From Carpediemonas membranifera BICM (taxonomy: Eukaryota > Protista > Fornicata), in the NCBI GenBank assembly GCA_019828565.1, contig JAHDYR010000062.1, positions 359,666 through 423,665 of the forward strand: a stretch of DNA of 64,000 nt, read 5' to 3'. Positions 30,460 through 41,143 of the stretch are shown here, one piece after another. The stretch's first letter is position 1; the number at the start of each line of letters is the position of its first letter. The position numbers were made by a program, and so were the translations under genes. Under the pieces are notes generated by a model. The model saw only the letters and a program-made list of their open reading frames with translations, ran no database searches and was not told the origin of the DNA.

Positions 30460-31374
30460 TCACAGCTTGAGCTCCGTCAAAGTGACCGGATCCCGCTCGT
30501 ACGATTCCAAGATCACCGCATTCTTGCCCTTCTCCAGGGCCGTCACCGTAAACCCTCTCGCCGCCAGCTCCTGCGCGAACATCTCCTGTGTTTCCTCTCT
30601 CCGCTTGCTGCTGGCCACTATGATGCGGCTTGACCATCTTTGGGCGATCATCTCGAGAACAGTCGCGAGTGGGGCGCATAGGTCGGGGGCGTACACACAG
30701 TCTGCGGCAAGGACGATGGCCGGCTCGGGCAGGGTGGCAAGGAGGGAGTCAAGCTCTTCTCTGGGGACACACCAGTCAAGTGCTGTCGCCTGCACTCGGT
30801 CGGCCACGTCGTTTTGCTCGGCATTCGACTCGATCCTACTCAGCGCGAGTGCGAGGTCCGTTGCAATCGCGGTGGCCCCGGCCTTCGCTGCAATTATAGA
30901 GCACACCCCTGTACCTGAGCCAAGTTCGAGCACGGTCAGTCCATCCAGCCGCTGGGATGCAAGCCACTCCCCGACGACAAGGCCAGCAGGCCAAACCACA
31001 GCCTCGATGTCTGAAAGAGTCTTGGACTGCTTGAAGGCGGCTGTGAACTCGTCGAACACGAATCTGCTGTAGAACTCGTCATCGTCGGGCCCGGGGGGGC
31101 GAAGCATCGAGAGCTCACAGAGAGTATCGCTGTATGGCGCGCCGCTGGTATCAGCACGGTGCATGAGACCACTAATAAAGGCTTGCTTGTATTCACTTTG
31201 GCCTGGATAGCGGGCGGCCAGCGGATGCATCACGGTTCTTGCGAGAATCTCCTCCTGCGCCGATGGATCGAAGGCAGAATCGCCAATCTCGGCATCAATT
31301 CGCTCCCAAAGCTTGTTCATGGGGCGTCCCTGCCCATAGTACTTTTCAATGAAGGAAAGAGCGTCAACGTTCAT
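30460..31374 (-). CDS. Protein-lysine methyltransferase, EEF2KMT/FAM86-like
   Basis: HPLAARYP...YKQAFI FAM86-like region; VWPAG, VLELGSGTG, ATD, LDW, AADCVY. Confidence 0.82.
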   Translation of the reverse strand: MNVDALSFIEKYYGQGRPMNKLWERIDAEIGDSAFDPSAQEEILARTVMHPLAARYPGQSEYKQAFISGLMHRADTSGAPYSDTLCELSMLRPPGPDDDEFYSRFVFDEFTAAFKQSKTLSDIEAVVWPAGLVVGEWLASQRLDGLTVLELGSGTGVCSIIAAKAGATAIATDLALALSRIESNAEQNDVADRVQATALDWCVPREELDSLLATLPEPAIVLAADCVYAPDLCAPLATVLEMIAQRWSSRIIVASSKRREETQEMFAQELAARGFTVTALEKGKNAVILESYERDPVTLTELKL

Positions 31375-31821
31375 CGAGCGCAGTTTAGCCACTCGACCGG
31401 AGTCACCCGATCCTCAGCAAGGCTTGTGCCATTGAGAGCTCCATGTATGTACATTGGTGGCCGCCTGCGACTTGATTTCGATGACGTGTCGTCAAGAGCT
31501 CCAAGGCCAGGGACAGCGCAGAGGCCGGCGATAGCAACGATAGGCAGGATGCAGCAAAGTATCACGAGGGTCGCCATAATGCCTACGCCGCTGATTTGCT
31601 GAAGATGCAACACCGCCGTGGCTCCCGGCACGCCGGAGGCAGTCGCCTTGCAGGCCGTATGGGTCTGGGCGTCTGGAATGACTGAAAGGCTACTAAAGGC
31701 TGAAGCCTGGGCTCGGATCACGATGGTCCAAGTCAGCCCCTGGTCGCGCTGGCAGCTCGCTCTGTTGGCCGGTGCCGACGAGGGTGACAGCGGTCTACCC
31801 TTCCCTTCTCTATCAACGGCA

Positions 31822-32657
31822 AGGGTTCGAGTCGTCTGGGTTCCTCGACCCGACCCGCCTGCCCCAAGGTCGCCGAGCTCGAGGCCAGCCTGCCCCCCTG
31901 GGAGAAGCACATGATGGTGACAGATGTGTCACTGGAACACAGACGGGCATTTATACTCACACTTGTCGGCACTGTCATGGCGGGCTGGAATGCGACTTGG
32001 TATGTCGGCCCAGTCGAGATAGACGATTACCACTTCCACCCAGTCGCCGTGCCCGCTGGCTTTGTCCCAGATCACATCATGCATACAGACAACAACACTG
32101 TCATCCTCACCATGGGCGATCGGCGGATGATCGGCGGGAACAATGCTCATGGCGAGCTGGGACTCGCGCACAAGAATCGGATGACTGGCTTTGTCGACCT
32201 GCCCTTCAGGGTCGACCGGATCATGGCCCCTTATCGTGACTGCAACCTCTTCCTCAGTGGCCGCCAGCTGCTCTTCGCTGGTCGTGTTCGCATTGATTTC
32301 GCCAAGCCGGGCCTGCTTCCGAGAAATCACGAGGGCGACGAAATCCTCACACCCACCCCGCTCCGGTTCCCAGAGAGGGTCAAGGGGTTCTTCGCATCCG
32401 ACGTTGAAGCTGACACCTTGGAGCTGATCTGGGTCACCGAGGGCCGAAGCCATCTTTTTAAGGTTCGAAATGAACCGATCATCATCCCTTTCGAGGCAAC
32501 CGCAGTCAGCGGCAACTCCATCCGCGACCCGTCCGGTCAGTGGTTCTGGGTGTGGCATCAATCGGGTGGCGTGGCTGTGATGAAAGAGTGTGATGACTGT
32601 TCAGATGTGCAAGAAATAGCACTTATCGACGTCGACCCTTGGACCCGGACGATGTAA
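31822..32657 (+). pseudogene. RCC1/BLIP-II-like repeat protein fragment, probably 5'-disrupted (open ORF 31911-32657)
   Basis: GGNNAHGELGLAH RCC1-type motif; upstream GFESSGFLDPTR and PACPKVAELEASLPPWEKH read in different frames. Confidence 0.5.
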
Positions 32658-32839
32658 TATCCACATGAAAAAAAAGCTTTCGCCTTCAGACACTGCCGCG
32701 ACTGATGCGCGAGCCTTCGTCGGTTCAGAGGTTCAGAGTGTGGCGTCGCGCCCTGTACCAGCCATACCACGTCAGCTCGACCGCCATAAACTCTCCCCCC
32801 AAAGTTCAGACAGACACGGCAACTTGGATCTTTACAAAG

Positions 32840-34555
32840 TTAGAAATAGAGGTCACGCTTTCCGTTCTTGATAGCGTCGAGCTTGCGCTTGAAGGCCTTC
32901 TTCCTCGGCTCCGAGGTGATGGTCTCTGTCTCCTTCTCAATGAGCTTCCAGCCGGCCTCCGCAGTTTTAGGCGAGGCGTAGTCGATAAGATACTCAGCGA
33001 GCGTCAGCAGTCCGTTGGGGTGGCAGTAGTTGTGGATGGCACCGCTCTTAGCAAAGCCCATGAACGTCTCACCAGTGCGGGCCTGGCGGTAGCACGCGGT
33101 ACACCATGAGGGGAGGAAGCCCCGCTCGAGCAGGTCCCGGACGATCTCGTCCATCGTGCGGGTGTCGCTGAGGGCGAATTGGCCCTCGGTGCCGGTGCCC
33201 TCCTTATCGTTGTGGGTCTCCTCGGCCGAGTCGTAGGAGCCAGGCTCGGTACGGGAGCCGGCGGACAGCTGAGAGATGCCCATGTCAATCAAATGATGAC
33301 GCATCTCGGGCGACTCTCTCGTGCTGAGGATCATGCCAGTGTAGGGCACAGCGCAGCGGAGCACGGCGACCAGCTTGCGGAACTGCTTGTCGTTGACGGG
33401 GTAGGGGATATCCGAGCTCGTGGGTGCTCCAGCGGCGGGCTGGATGCGAGGGATGCTGATGGTGTGGGGGCCGGCGCCGTACGTCTTGTCGAGGTGCTCA
33501 GCGTGCTGGAGGAGCCCGAGGACCTCGAAGCGGTAGTCGTACAGCCCGAACAGCGCGCCGAGGCCGACGTCGTCGATGCCTGCGAGCTGGCAACGGTCGA
33601 ACACAGTCACGCGCCAGTCGTAGTCGGCCTTGGGGCCGTAGAGGTGGAACTTGTCGTATGTCTCGCGGTGGTACGTTTCCTGGAAGACGGTGAACGTCCC
33701 CACCGAGTCTGTCGCCTTCAGGCGGCGCATGTCGCTGATGCCGACTGGGGGGATCTCGACGTTGATGCGACGGGTCTCGCCGTTGTGCTCAGAGGTGGTC
33801 TTGGAGACGGCCTTGACCGCGTCCAGGAACTGGTCGAACGTGTAGTCGGGGTGCTCCCCGCACAGCATGAGGATGCGCTTGTGGCCGGTGCGCTGGATCT
33901 GCTTGGCGTCCTGGATGACCTCCTCCGTGCTGAGGGTGACGCGGTCCATCTCCTCGTTCTCACAGTTGAAGCCGCAGTAGGTGCAGTAGTTGCTGCACTT
34001 GTTGGCAGTGTACAGGGGCGCGAAGAGCACGATACGGTTGCCGTAGATCTTCTCCTTGATGGCGAAGGCGGTCTCCTCGAGCTCACGCATCAGGTCGGGC
34101 TCCTTCTCCTCGTCAACGTTGAGGAGAATAGCGGCCTCGCGGAGGGTAAGGCCTTGGACAAACTCGTCGGCAGCGTTGCACGTCTCAGGGGTCTTCAGGA
34201 GAGCGTTGTCGTACGCCTTGGCAAGGATGGCGCGGACCTTGACAGGATCCTTGGCATCCTGCTTGGTCTCCTCAAGGAGGCGGTTGATCTCGTCCTCGCG
34301 GATGATGCTTCTCGGATCAGGAACCTTCGCGAGCGACTCAAGGTCCTTCTCAGGAGACCAGGCAGATCCCTGGCGCATCTGCTTGGTGAGGAAGTATGGA
34401 ATGTCCTTGGGAAGCTTGGGAGTGGTCTTCTCGCTAAGAGAGCGCGAGAATGTGGAGGTAGGAACGCTGGAAGAAGCAGCGCTTATTATAGAAGGCAATA
34501 AACCTCCAAGCGCGCCCGTAGAGACGCTGTTAGTTCTCAAAAGATGGGAAAGCAT
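32840..34555 (-). CDS. hydG: [FeFe]-hydrogenase maturase HydG with N-terminal organellar targeting-like leader
   Basis: GNRIVLFAPLY, CSNYCTYC radical-SAM motif, FQETYH, GPHTISIPRI, C-terminal CTACYR...HNYC, GKRDLYF; Ser/Arg-rich, acid-free leader. Confidence 0.96.
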   Translation of the reverse strand: MLSHLLRTNSVSTGALGGLLPSIISAASSSVPTSTFSRSLSEKTTPKLPKDIPYFLTKQMRQGSAWSPEKDLESLAKVPDPRSIIREDEINRLLEETKQDAKDPVKVRAILAKAYDNALLKTPETCNAADEFVQGLTLREAAILLNVDEEKEPDLMRELEETAFAIKEKIYGNRIVLFAPLYTANKCSNYCTYCGFNCENEEMDRVTLSTEEVIQDAKQIQRTGHKRILMLCGEHPDYTFDQFLDAVKAVSKTTSEHNGETRRINVEIPPVGISDMRRLKATDSVGTFTVFQETYHRETYDKFHLYGPKADYDWRVTVFDRCQLAGIDDVGLGALFGLYDYRFEVLGLLQHAEHLDKTYGAGPHTISIPRIQPAAGAPTSSDIPYPVNDKQFRKLVAVLRCAVPYTGMILSTRESPEMRHHLIDMGISQLSAGSRTEPGSYDSAEETHNDKEGTGTEGQFALSDTRTMDEIVRDLLERGFLPSWCTACYRQARTGETFMGFAKSGAIHNYCHPNGLLTLAEYLIDYASPKTAEAGWKLIEKETETITSEPRKKAFKRKLDAIKNGKRDLYF

Positions 34556-34731
34556 GCAAGATGCGTGCGTTGTCGCAGATATGAATTTAGGGTAAGATTA
34601 GATCATGATCAGACCTGCCTCGACCACCCAGTGCTCTTCGATGGACGAGTGTGGACGTATGGGACGATTCTGGCCCTTGTTGGGCTCGGGTTGGGTGATG
34701 AAGCTCATCATTCGGTCCACAAACGGAAGAA

Positions 34732-36384
34732 CTATGCACTCTTTTTACTCTCGTTGAAATCCTCGTACTGTTTCAATAGCGCCTTATCCACACTCGGCTC
34801 GACCCCCTCGATGACCACCTCGAAGTCATCCATCGTGACCTTGCCGACCTGCTCGAGCAACGCCGACCGGTCCATGCCGTCGCCGTCGACCATCTCCGTG
34901 ATCTTACCGATGCCGAACATCTCGACCGCCCGATCCATGGGCTTGATGCATACGTTGCGGCAGATGACATCGACGTCGGACCCCGAGTATCCGTCCAGTC
35001 GGGCTGCCAGGGCCTTGAAGTCGATGCCGTCGATGTCAGCGATGCTCCTGTCATCCACAGCGCGCTGCATCTTCTTTCGCAGGATGTTCTCGACGTCCTC
35101 GACGGTGGGGAGCGGCACGTACACCCTCTTGTCGAAGCGCCGCAGCATGGCCGGTCTAATATTCCAGGGGTAGTTCGTCGCCCCGATCAGCACCACGGGC
35201 TTGTCCCCCTGTGGGGTTAGGACGCCCTCCATCTGGGTCTGGAACTCCGACACGGCCCGACGGGAGGCGTCGCCGCTGTCGCCCCCACCTGCGTTGTTGG
35301 AGATCAGAGCGTCGACCTCGTCGATGAAGATGACACTCGGTGCATAGTGCCGCGCCATGGCGAAGAGCAGCTTGATGAGCTTCTCCGACTCGCCCCGGAA
35401 CTTCGAAGTCAGGTCGGCCGAGGAGCAGATAAACATCGTGGCGTCCGACTGAGCAGCCACCGCCTTGGCCAGAAGCGTCTTACCGGTGCCGGGCGGGCCA
35501 AACATCAGCACGCCTCTGAACGGGGTGACGCTGAGGCCGAGGAGCTTGGGCGCGAGGATCGGGTAGCACACGGCCTGCTCAATCGCCCGCTTGGCGTCCC
35601 GGGAGCCTACGATGTCCTCCATCTTGACGTTGAGACTGTCCTTCTGGTCAGGCCGGATCATGGTGCCCTCGATGACAGCTGCCATGGCCTGCTCGTCGGG
35701 GGAGCACCGGAACTCACCAGGGCCCTCGTCCGACTCATGGCCATGCTTCTGTTCCCTCCGCCCACCGCCGCGCCCCTTGGCACCAGAGGGGTCGGCTGAA
35801 CCAACCCTACGGCCGCCTGGATGACCCGCCTTGGCCGGGGGTCTACCCCCAATTGCCCTGGCCCCACCGACACGACGGTCACCGGGCCGAGCCACGCTGC
35901 TGTGCTGAACTGTTGGGGAGTTTGTGGGCCTCTTGTCGTTGATGACCCGCACAGATGGACGGGGACGGACGCCCACGGCCCGGGCGCCAGGTTGGGGGTT
36001 TGCCCTGGGGTTGGGGGAGGCGACGCGGTTGGGCTTCGGGCGGACGTTTACGCTCACCCGCTGGACAGGGTGGCGGGAGGGAGGGGCGTACGACGCCCTG
36101 CTCTCGGACACGGTGTCGGACGTCATCGGGCGACGGGGTTTCTCGTTGAAAACTTGGGCGTATCTTTGCAATTCGTTCACAACGGCGATGTGTCTGTTCA
36201 CTTCGCTGCGTAATGTCTTCAGTTTTTCGATTACTTCAGGGCTAGCGGCGTTATTGATGGATATTGATGCAATTCTCGCGTTAACTGCGTTGTAGAATGT
36301 TAAAGCCGTCTCAAAGTTAGCCACGTCTACTGCCTGGTTACCAAGGGCGAGATCGTTTATGATATCACTGATCGAACCTTGCAT
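34732..36384 (-). CDS. KATNA1: Katanin p60-like AAA ATPase
   Basis: N-terminal MIT-like helices, GVLMFGPPGTGKTLLAKA, SKFRGESEKL, IFIDEVD, ATNYPW, RRFDKRVYVPLP. Confidence 0.88.
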   Translation of the reverse strand: MQGSISDIINDLALGNQAVDVANFETALTFYNAVNARIASISINNAASPEVIEKLKTLRSEVNRHIAVVNELQRYAQVFNEKPRRPMTSDTVSESRASYAPPSRHPVQRVSVNVRPKPNRVASPNPRANPQPGARAVGVRPRPSVRVINDKRPTNSPTVQHSSVARPGDRRVGGARAIGGRPPAKAGHPGGRRVGSADPSGAKGRGGGRREQKHGHESDEGPGEFRCSPDEQAMAAVIEGTMIRPDQKDSLNVKMEDIVGSRDAKRAIEQAVCYPILAPKLLGLSVTPFRGVLMFGPPGTGKTLLAKAVAAQSDATMFICSSADLTSKFRGESEKLIKLLFAMARHYAPSVIFIDEVDALISNNAGGGDSGDASRRAVSEFQTQMEGVLTPQGDKPVVLIGATNYPWNIRPAMLRRFDKRVYVPLPTVEDVENILRKKMQRAVDDRSIADIDGIDFKALAARLDGYSGSDVDVICRNVCIKPMDRAVEMFGIGKITEMVDGDGMDRSALLEQVGKVTMDDFEVVIEGVEPSVDKALLKQYEDFNESKKSA

Positions 36385-36481
36385 GACGTTTGCTGTTTTC
36401 TTCTCCTCGACACATGATACATGACATCATGTACATAACATGTCAACTCCCTCACAACACCACCGAGTACGAACCATCCGT

Positions 36482-37351
36482 TTAACGAGGCCACCAAAGT
36501 CCACATGTCGCCGTGCCCAACCTTATCATGCCCACCGTCTCATTCACAGGACCCGCCGCACTATACTGGCCCAGGGCTGATAGAACAGTGCTGCTTATGT
36601 CATCTGTCGGAGTGTAGACATCGGTAACACCGAGGATGACGCATGCGCATGCGATGACGCCTGGAGAGTACATGAGGGTGGCGTCGGTGTGTTGCAGGTC
36701 GATCAGACGCTTCCTTGCCGCGCCCAGCACCTCCTTCTGCTTTCCACTCTCCTCAATACCGGCCAGACCTTCCGGCTTGGTAGACCCGAGCCGGGCTATG
36801 AGTCGAGGGACGAGGGCGTCCGGGTGGTGGGCATGCAGCTTGAACTTGAGGTGTGTGAGGACGTCTAGCTCCATGTCAATCGCTGTCTGGGGCGACTGGC
36901 CGAAAGCACGGGAGATATCTTTGAGGACCGCGGCGTGGGCTTCCCGAAACTGGGGCTGGTTCGCGAACTCGCCAGACTTGCACGCAAGAATCATACAGGT
37001 GGCGGCGATAAGGTTGGGAGCCACGTCGCATGGTGAGACTTCGAGGAAGTAGCGCTTGATGAAGAGCACCATCGTTTGGACATTCACATCGCGGAGCTCC
37101 TCGGCATCTCGTGTTCGGACCAAGCGGCGTGAGGAGTTGGCATATCCTGCTATGACACGCTCGATAAAGTGCATGAATACGCCGCGAGCGTGTTTCTCAC
37201 ACGCTACGACCATCGCAAGCTGCTCCTCGTATGAAACGCCGGCATCAACGTGCTTCTGCCACGCAGCTGTCCTCCGATTCCGTATTTCTTCTGCTGTGAG
37301 CTGCCATTCCGCCTTGTGCGAACTTTCTTTAAAGAGACCAAAGGGCGGCAT
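36482..37351 (-). CDS. Cyclin H-like protein
   Basis: FKESSHKAEW start, FIKRYFL..S, TCMILACKSGE, MELDVLTHLKFKLHAHHP, TDATLMYSPGVIA. Confidence 0.8.
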   Translation of the reverse strand: MPPFGLFKESSHKAEWQLTAEEIRNRRTAAWQKHVDAGVSYEEQLAMVVACEKHARGVFMHFIERVIAGYANSSRRLVRTRDAEELRDVNVQTMVLFIKRYFLEVSPCDVAPNLIAATCMILACKSGEFANQPQFREAHAAVLKDISRAFGQSPQTAIDMELDVLTHLKFKLHAHHPDALVPRLIARLGSTKPEGLAGIEESGKQKEVLGAARKRLIDLQHTDATLMYSPGVIACACVILGVTDVYTPTDDISSTVLSALGQYSAAGPVNETVGMIRLGTATCGLWWPR

Positions 37352-37563
37352 TCGATGAAACCGCCATAGACTGCACTGAGTCAGGCCGGGTCTGCACTTG
37401 GCTCAACTCACCCGTAGCAAACTGGTAAATACACGCCGGTTGTGGTGCCAGATCAGCAGACTCCAGACATCCGGAAGTCTTATCTCACAAATGTAGTTGT
37501 CTGTCCTGACAGCTTCTGCGAAGGAACATCACAGCGGTTTCGATCGTAGAGGGTGACATTTAT

Positions 37564-37974
37564 TTAGACGCGCATGATGCGGCCCTTGATCTCATCCATA
37601 GTGAGATCAGACAGGTCGTTGCCCTGAACCTCCGTCATAATGCCCGCAAATTTTCTTCTGAGGGACTCCTTGGAGGAGGCGTAGACCATCTTGGAGCGGA
37701 TTGGCGCGCCATCGGGCGACCAGAAGATGAACACGATACGGGACTTGGCGCAGCCATCATCCTCGTAGTCAATATCGATGATGCCGTAGCGGGCATCCTT
37801 CTCGGGGAACTTGGAGAGGAATTCCTCAAAGTCCGCATCGGGCTCGCCAACAGCGTCGGGGACAATCTCAGTGAGGTCCTCGTTGACACGGAAAGTGGCA
37901 AACTTGTACTTCCGGGACATCTTCATCTCCTCATAGATTGTAACACATTCTTCGCCAACGGCCACACCGCTCAT
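37564..37974 (-). CDS. Cofilin/actin-depolymerising factor
   Basis: MSGVAV, RYGIIDIDY, FIFWSPDGAPIRSKMVYASSK. Confidence 0.95.
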   Translation of the reverse strand: MSGVAVGEECVTIYEEMKMSRKYKFATFRVNEDLTEIVPDAVGEPDADFEEFLSKFPEKDARYGIIDIDYEDDGCAKSRIVFIFWSPDGAPIRSKMVYASSKESLRRKFAGIMTEVQGNDLSDLTMDEIKGRIMRV

Positions 37975-38582
37975 TTCACGTTTGTCTTGTTGTTGTGTTT
38001 GAGGGATTTCTCGCCTGTGACAAAATTGGTTTTAACTCCGGGTGCACTCTGAGACAACATGTCTGTGACTCTGGGCAGCCATACTAGCCGGTTCAAGGCG
38101 ATTCGGCATGAGTATGTGACAGCGATCTGCTCAACGCGAGAACGAATCGAACAACGCCAGTCAAATCCAAAAATTGAGCAAGAGATACTCTCAGTAAAAA
38201 TCTTCTTGCTGCATGTCACAGGCCTTGATACCCGTGCTGAGGCTCTATAGTGCTGAATATGTCTGAATGGACACCGGTCTCGCGTGCTGAGTGACATCGG
38301 GCAGGGTCGACTCTAGCCCGCTGGGTCCTCATGCAGAGCAATGCATTACTGATGTTATACGCCTCAACTGCATGTGCTCAGCTTACGAAGCACAAGAGTT
38401 ATGCGGACATCCTTTTCGCATGCATGGCAAGATAGCAAGCTCGCTTCGTGGTCAGCAGATCAAGAGGAGTTAGACAGAGTGGTGTCGCATGGATGATCGA
38501 GTGAGAGGAGTCCATGACCGTCTGAGGGTGACATGGCAAGTGCCGGGTTCGTCGAATACTAGGGAAGAAAAAAAGTAATTTA

Positions 38583-40451
38583 TCACCGCTTGGGCGCCCT
38601 TGCAGTCGCCCACACCCTGTCCAACGGCTCCATGGCCTTCTCCAGCTCACAGAGCCAGGCCATATCCAAGGGCAGTGCCAGTAAGTCTCCGGCAACAATC
38701 ACCTTGGGCCCAATGTCCTTAAGCAGACCCCGGGTCAGGTGGGCACTCACCTGGCCGCTGAAGTGGGTGAGGACAACCCATTGGCACCCACACTCCTTGC
38801 CCGCGGTGACTGCTTCAACTGCAGTCGAGTGGGCTTGGAGACCGAGCTTGGTATTCTCATCGCGGTCGGCTGAACCGCCGGGGAACGTGGCCTCGTGGAT
38901 CAGCAGGTTGACTCCGCTGCATGCTTCAATCAGCGTGGGCGTGGGTGGCGTGTCGCCGCTAAAGGCAAAGGAGAAGTCGGGCAAGTCAACCCTGATTCCG
39001 GACGAGTCCGGAATATGTGGCACGGGGAATGTCTTCAGACACTCAATTCCATCCGGCAACCCAAAGTCTCCGGCACTCCGGCAAAGGCCGACTGAGTTGA
39101 CTCGAGTTACAGTCGACCCCAGAATTGACGAGAAGAACGACCAGACGAGGTTATCACACGCCAAGAACAGCGGGGTAGTCGCCCCAGCCTTGGTTCTCTC
39201 ATAAACGAGTCGAGTCAGCCCGACAGTGTGGTTTGCATGGGAGTGGGTGATGACAACGGCCTGCAGCCTCGTAATTTCATCGCCCAGGCTGGCCATAAGC
39301 ATCTGACGCCATGTGCCCTCGCCGCAGTCGAAGAGGACTGATCCCCCAGACGCCCTGAGCAGGATCGAGGTCACATTCCTCTCGGCCACAGGCATCATAG
39401 CGGACGTGCCGAGGAAGATGACACTTGGTGTGCCGGATTGTGACCCGTCTTGTAAGGGGGAGGGGCGGGGGGTGATCCGGTCGAGAGTCAGTGTCCGTTT
39501 GGTTGCGTACTCCTGGATGACTTCGGAGGAGAGCACTCGACTGGGGGCGGGGGTGACCGTTCGATCTTGCATAGATATGATAGATTCAGTGTGGATTGTG
39601 GATATCGACTCTGCCCCAAGATACAGTCGCGGAGTCAAGAACCGGTCCGAGTGGTACGTCTTGATCGCCTGCACCGTCGGGTACCGGAGCCCCACGGGAT
39701 GGGCGCCGTACCGCCACCTCATGAAGCATTTGCAGCCCTGGATGGCTGGGGCAGGGCCGGGCTGGTCCGTGGAGAAGACTGCGACAGTCGGGGAGTACTC
39801 GGCGACGGCCTCAATGGTTGCTGGGTCGACCTTGTCCTTGCAGAGGGCGATGACGAGGACACCGCCCGGTCTTACGTCACTCAGGACCTGGTGCGGCTCG
39901 ACCGTTGTCCCGTTGACAACGACGCTGCGGCCCTGGGCCAGTTCCCGGCACAGTATCCCCTTCACCCCGAGAGACTTGGCCTTGAGCCCATCAAACTTGG
40001 GAGGGAGCTCGGGGAACTCGGCGCATACGAGCTTGGTGTCTCCGACAATCCTGTAGTGCATGACGACGGGATCGACGACGAACCTTGGCTCCAGGGCCCG
40101 CCACACCACCATGTGCTGCATGATACCATTGATATGGGTCATCCTAGGGTCCTCTGTGTCTGCAGTGTACACTGGCAGGGTGCGGTCAGGGAAGTGGGCG
40201 GTGACGGTGTCGTGGAAGGTGAATAGGGCGCCTGGGAGTCCCTCAACGTGCGTAGGAGTCATGTCTGTGAGTATCACTGCTTGTAGACGGCGTATGCGGA
40301 CACCGCTCTCGAGCAACGTCCGCTGGGCGCTGCCTGGGGCGTTGATGAGGATCGCTGGGTCTTGTTCGTCGTAGAGGATGAAGCTATCATCGCCGGGAGA
40401 AGGGGAGATGTCCATTATACTCCAGCGCATAGCGCGCTTAGTCATACTCAT
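38583..40451 (-). CDS. Long-form RNase Z (ELAC2/Trz1-like)
   Basis: FLGTSAMMP..RNVT, FDCGEGT, HSHANH, FSGDT, LLIHEATF, HST, LTHFS; flexible-arm motif PPKFD..KAKSLGV. Confidence 0.87.
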   Translation of the reverse strand: MSMTKRAMRWSIMDISPSPGDDSFILYDEQDPAILINAPGSAQRTLLESGVRIRRLQAVILTDMTPTHVEGLPGALFTFHDTVTAHFPDRTLPVYTADTEDPRMTHINGIMQHMVVWRALEPRFVVDPVVMHYRIVGDTKLVCAEFPELPPKFDGLKAKSLGVKGILCRELAQGRSVVVNGTTVEPHQVLSDVRPGGVLVIALCKDKVDPATIEAVAEYSPTVAVFSTDQPGPAPAIQGCKCFMRWRYGAHPVGLRYPTVQAIKTYHSDRFLTPRLYLGAESISTIHTESIISMQDRTVTPAPSRVLSSEVIQEYATKRTLTLDRITPRPSPLQDGSQSGTPSVIFLGTSAMMPVAERNVTSILLRASGGSVLFDCGEGTWRQMLMASLGDEITRLQAVVITHSHANHTVGLTRLVYERTKAGATTPLFLACDNLVWSFFSSILGSTVTRVNSVGLCRSAGDFGLPDGIECLKTFPVPHIPDSSGIRVDLPDFSFAFSGDTPPTPTLIEACSGVNLLIHEATFPGGSADRDENTKLGLQAHSTAVEAVTAGKECGCQWVVLTHFSGQVSAHLTRGLLKDIGPKVIVAGDLLALPLDMAWLCELEKAMEPLDRVWATARAPKR

Positions 40452-40601
40452 CACAAGCTCCCTTCAATCTGGAGTTGTGGCGAAGTAGGTCACTTCTGGC
40501 CAAAACTGACAAAATTTACAAGGCACAACACGCGCAATGCACGCATATCCCAGCTTGAGACCGCATCGTACCCGTCCTGGCCAATTGCCCGACTCCCGCG
40601 C

Positions 40602-41027
40602 TCAGCTCTTTGCCGGCGCTCTGTTCTTGGCGGCGTTGGCTATGGCCTTCTTCTTTCCCTTGACCAAGTACGCAGAGTAGTCTCTCTGGGGCATCAGAGT
40701 GCCTGTAATGATCTCAATGTTCCCAGTAACCTTCTGAAGATGCGTCGAGACGAACTCTGTGGGCAAACCGGCCATAGCCATCTCATCCTGGACGCCTCCG
40801 TCCATTTCCACATCATCCTCGTTGTCTGGTGGAGGTGGAATACCTTCATCTTCATCGGGTGGCGGCGGAGGAGCAGGAACATCGTCATCGTCCATTTCCG
40901 GGGGCGGTGGGGGCGGTAGGTCTTGATCATCCAGCATGTCGTGTAATCTATCCTCTATAGGATCAAAAGACGAAGTTATGTGACCATTGCTTCCTCCTTG
41001 GCCCTGTTTGAAACTGCGCCAGCTCAT
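40602..41027 (-). CDS. Hypothetical Pro/acidic-rich protein
   Basis: Three poly-Pro/Asp blocks and a basic tail; start taken at MSWRSF. Confidence 0.6.
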   Translation of the reverse strand: MSWRSFKQGQGGSNGHITSSFDPIEDRLHDMLDDQDLPPPPPPEMDDDDVPAPPPPPDEDEGIPPPPDNEDDVEMDGGVQDEMAMAGLPTEFVSTHLQKVTGNIEIITGTLMPQRDYSAYLVKGKKKAIANAAKNRAPAKS

Positions 41028-41143
41028 TTCGAACCCATTTATCGCACACGTAAACAACTCAGCACTCAATAATTATCATTTCACATCAAACGGAGCCCGT
41101 CATACCTCATCCACAGAAGAAAGAATGCTTTATACACGTCCGC

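Noticed and set aside
38480-38535. Possible C/D box snoRNA (TGGATGA...CTGA with short terminal stem)
   Set aside because: Box C is imperfect, the interval is very short, and no target complementarity could be verified
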